Assembly: GCA_043228905.1 (NCBI GenBank)
Contig: JBHGNT010000010.1
Location: 8,928,001-8,992,000, forward strand
DNA length: 64,000 bases
From: Azolla caroliniana
Lineage: Eukaryota; Plantae; Polypodiophyta
Direction: 5' to 3'
This document shows positions 61,201 to 64,000 of the stretch, piece after piece. Position numbers and translations under genes: made by a program. Positions within the stretch are counted from its first letter, which is position 1, and every line of letters begins with the position of its first letter. The notes beneath the pieces are model-generated. The model was not told where the DNA came from. It saw only the letters and a list, made by a program, of their open reading frames with translations, and searched no databases.

Positions 61201-63161
61201 ATTTATTAATTACAACTCCCTATCCCTAATTAAATACCCCTTTCACATTCTAGACTCTAACCGGCCCTTTGGTCTTGCCAGCCAACAACTTAGAGACCGC
61301 TTGAGCATCGGCCCGTAAATATCAATGTGTACAAGCTCTAGGGGTTGTCATACCGTCTCGTAGTGGAGAGAGTGCAGAATTTGGGCCTATTTCCCATAAT
61401 GACAATGCTCGCAGAAGTTCGTCTTTGTCTGGAGTGTGGTGATGTAACCAATTGCCATTAGTCGGTCTAGTCCGGCTTGAGACATGTGGTCGAGTCAGCC
61501 ATGCCATAAGTTCGAATCTGACGATTCAACTACGTTCACATCTGCTTCTGGAATAATTGCCATCAATGGGTACAAGTTATTTTGCTTGTATCTGCATCTT
61601 ATTTTCTGGTTACCCCGGTTGATCGTCCATGTCGACTGACGAAGAGTCGTTCAGTACCCGTCTTCGGCTAGTATGCCAATGGAGAACATACTCCTTTTAA
61701 GCTAGGGTACCTACCGGACATGGTGCAAGATGATTGTATTGCCATTTGGCAATCGAATAGGTATTTTGCCGATTCCGGCGATTTTGCATTCTTGCCCATT
61801 GCCAAGTCGGACAATGTCGTTAGCTCTAGCTAAATAGTCGGAAAACCATTTGATATCTGGGGTCACGTGAAATGTGGCACAGGAATCCAATAGCCATGTT
61901 CGTGTGTCCTACACACTATAAAGGACTTCTCTGATCATTGAGTCCTCCAAAGAGAGGATTTCTCCTTATTGTGAGTCGATAACATTGATTTGGTTGTCAA
62001 CTAGAGAATGGTTCGAGTTGGATTGTCCTGAATTTTGCTCGAATCGTCGTTCGCTCTCCTTCTTTTTGTTGATCTACCAATAGTCCACAACGTTGTGACT
62101 GACCTTTTTGCAATGTGTGCAATAGGCATTTGGCTTGCCATTTCATGACTTCACCCACTATCGATTATCATTCCTCCTTCTCGGCCAACTGGTGCTTCAG
62201 CTAGTTCTTCCAACATGACTCGGTCGAGTAGTGAGCTTCTGCCGAATCATCGATGGTGAGACCCATTGATTTTCGCCGAATATCCTCTATGAGAACCTGT
62301 TTGATAGTTTCATCCAGATTCAGATTTGGGCTATTGTTGGCAAATGTCATGCAGAATACTTACTAGCTCATCGACAGGATCAAAATGAGAGCAAAGGCTT
62401 TAACTTCTTCTTTGAAGTTAATCCCTTGGGAGGAGAGTTTAGACAATCCCTTGCGATAGGTCGTTGAATTCATCTCTCTCATCTTCATATTGAACAACTG
62501 TCGAACCAATATGAGTTTCGATGAGGAGGACATCTTTTTGTAAACGGCTTGGAACTTCTCCCACAAGTCAAATGTTGATGTCTCTTTGGCCATGATGAAG
62601 TAGACGTTCTCAGCCAAATGCATTCGGATGATCGACCTGGCTATTTCATCCAGGGAGCAACATTCTACTCCTTCCATAGGGAAAAGTTTTTGCCGTCGAA
62701 CTTTTAGATTTCTACTCCTGTGCTGGATGTTGACGCCATGTTCTGTAGGAAGTTAGATTTGTTGACCTGGTCCTTTCCTTCAGTCATTTCTTCTCTTCTC
62801 AGATTTATGTTGCTACCCAACTGCAAGTCGCTCTGCTAACACTTCTTGAGTATTGAAGTTGATGTTGAGGACTAATATTGAGGACTTGTCAGTGAGTCTA
62901 GGAAACAACACAAGTAGTGATTAAGATAGAGATATGCACTGTGACAAGATTCAAAAAGATGAAAGCAGACAATTGAATGGAGAGAGAGAGAGAGAGAGAA
63001 GTGTTCAAAGAAGAATATTTTATATTAACCCTTGAACTCTCTTTTACAAGAACAATTACCTACTTAAATAGTTAGGTTAACTGTGTTCACACTAGGGATA
63101 CAAGTTTGGGCAAAGTCAGCCAACATCGTGCACAACGCTTCTGCATATGTAACATTTTACA

Positions 63162-63713
63162 TGGTATCAGAGCATGAGGGTTGAAGATCCTCTACAGCCG
63201 ACAAGCGAACGAAACACAGAGATAAGTTTTTGTCTTCCGAACAAGTTCAGTCAGGAGCATGGACAGAGGTAAGGGCAGCTCACTTCCGACGGAGAAGCTC
63301 GACAGAAGCAACTACGCATCTTGGTCGTACAAGATGCACCGGTACCTACTCGAACACAGTACTAGAGCTATGTCGAAGGAGCAAACGAAGTACCACTAGA
63401 GCCAACACACAGAGACATCTACGCTTGGGAACAAGTCGCAAGCTGAGTCTTGTACTACTTGGTCTCGTGTGTCCAAGACCAAATGCTCAGGTACATAAGA
63501 GAAGCGAAATCGTCAAAGGATGCTTGGGGGAACCTGAAGAAGTTCTTCGCGCCAACACCACAACCCAGAAGTTGCAGCTCCGTAAAGAGTTCAAGAATGT
63601 CCGATAGGGAGGTATGTCAGTAACTGACTACACCACAAAGATCAAGAAGACCTGTGATGCACTCGGCTCCATCAATGTGATGGTGGATGAAGATGAGATG
63701 ATGTAGATCTTCC
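63162..63713 (+). pseudogene. Copia C4 PBS (TGGTATCAGAGC, tRNA-Met) and gag start
   Basis: ATG at 63259: MDRGKGSSLPTEKLDRSNYASWSYKM..KDAWGNLKK..DYTTKIKKTCDALGSINVMVDEDEM; similar to the C1 gag. Confidence 0.85.
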
Positions 63714-64000
63714 TATCATGATATAATATGGTATGGCTTCAAAAGGATTTGAACCCATGACCTTGTGTCAGTGAGTTGAAGCCCTACCATTAAGGTATAC
63801 ATTGTAATACAAAAAATATTGTTTTCATTTATTATTTCACCTAGGAAATCCATGTATATTCTAGATTTCTCTAGAACATTCTAGAAATGTCAAGAATACT
63901 CCTAAGCACACTATAAAGAGAGGCACATGGCATTATTGAGAACCAATTCGGTTCAATACCAGTCTTAAGCCTCTTAGCTGTTCTTGTATCTTTCTTCATA
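63714..64000 (+). repeat. Start of an LTR related to 46625-47080, inserted in C4 gag
   Basis: Reverse-complement similarity (GAACCCATGACCTT, TTCTCTAGAACATTCTAGAA, CTATAAA, CCAGTCTTAAGCCTC). Confidence 0.8.

Larger units (their letters stand above)
50822..61287 (-). mobile_element. Element A2: older relative of element A (5' LTR 60818-61287, gag-pol ~60766-55330, extra ORF 53979-50822), 3' truncated
   Basis: Collinear homology with element A in gag, PR (IVDGGSGVN), RT (FLDDF), RH, INT, extra ORF, PBS and LTR. Confidence 0.9.
45350..63125 (-). mobile_element. Old Copia C5, expanded to 17.8 kb by nested insertions
   Basis: LTRs 45350-45742 and 62844-63125, TSD TCATG/TCGTG, PPT at 45743-45752. 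RNase H 46040-46620 (KTKHIEVTYH), integrase 50625-50820 (PYNPMQNGAVERMNRT), gag/PR/pre-integrase 61290-62740. Confidence 0.85.

Overview
Plant nuclear genomic DNA, most likely a non-seed plant such as a fern (inferred from the retroelement lineages and intron size). Most of the window is nested LTR retrotransposon. Left nest (1-22 kb): a Copia lacking RT/RNase H is split at its PPT/3' LTR junction by a fungal-type Ty3/Gypsy (element B, 1933-19450; 4-bp TSD, tRNA-Trp-like PBS). B's 3' LTR holds two inverted solo LTRs, and its 5' LTR holds a young 9955-bp non-chromovirus Gypsy (element A) with a ~920-codon extra ORF after integrase. Middle: an intronless, divergent, apparently secreted PEBP-family gene (23795-24523, +) and a 5-exon TMEM87/lung-7TM-family gene (42536-31043, -) whose 9.5-kb intron 2 contains a complete Copia and LINE remnants. 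Right nest (44-64 kb): a Copia inserted in another Copia's LTR carries a Tcn1-like chromovirus, a relative of element A and several solo LTRs. Best leads: the secreted pre-pro-PEBP; antisense tRNA-like A/B-box cassettes in the U3 of different LTR families; the ACGT-targeting 4-bp-TSD Gypsy; the conserved extra ORF; and the inverted solo-LTR hairpin. All calls were made by eye; no database searches were run.
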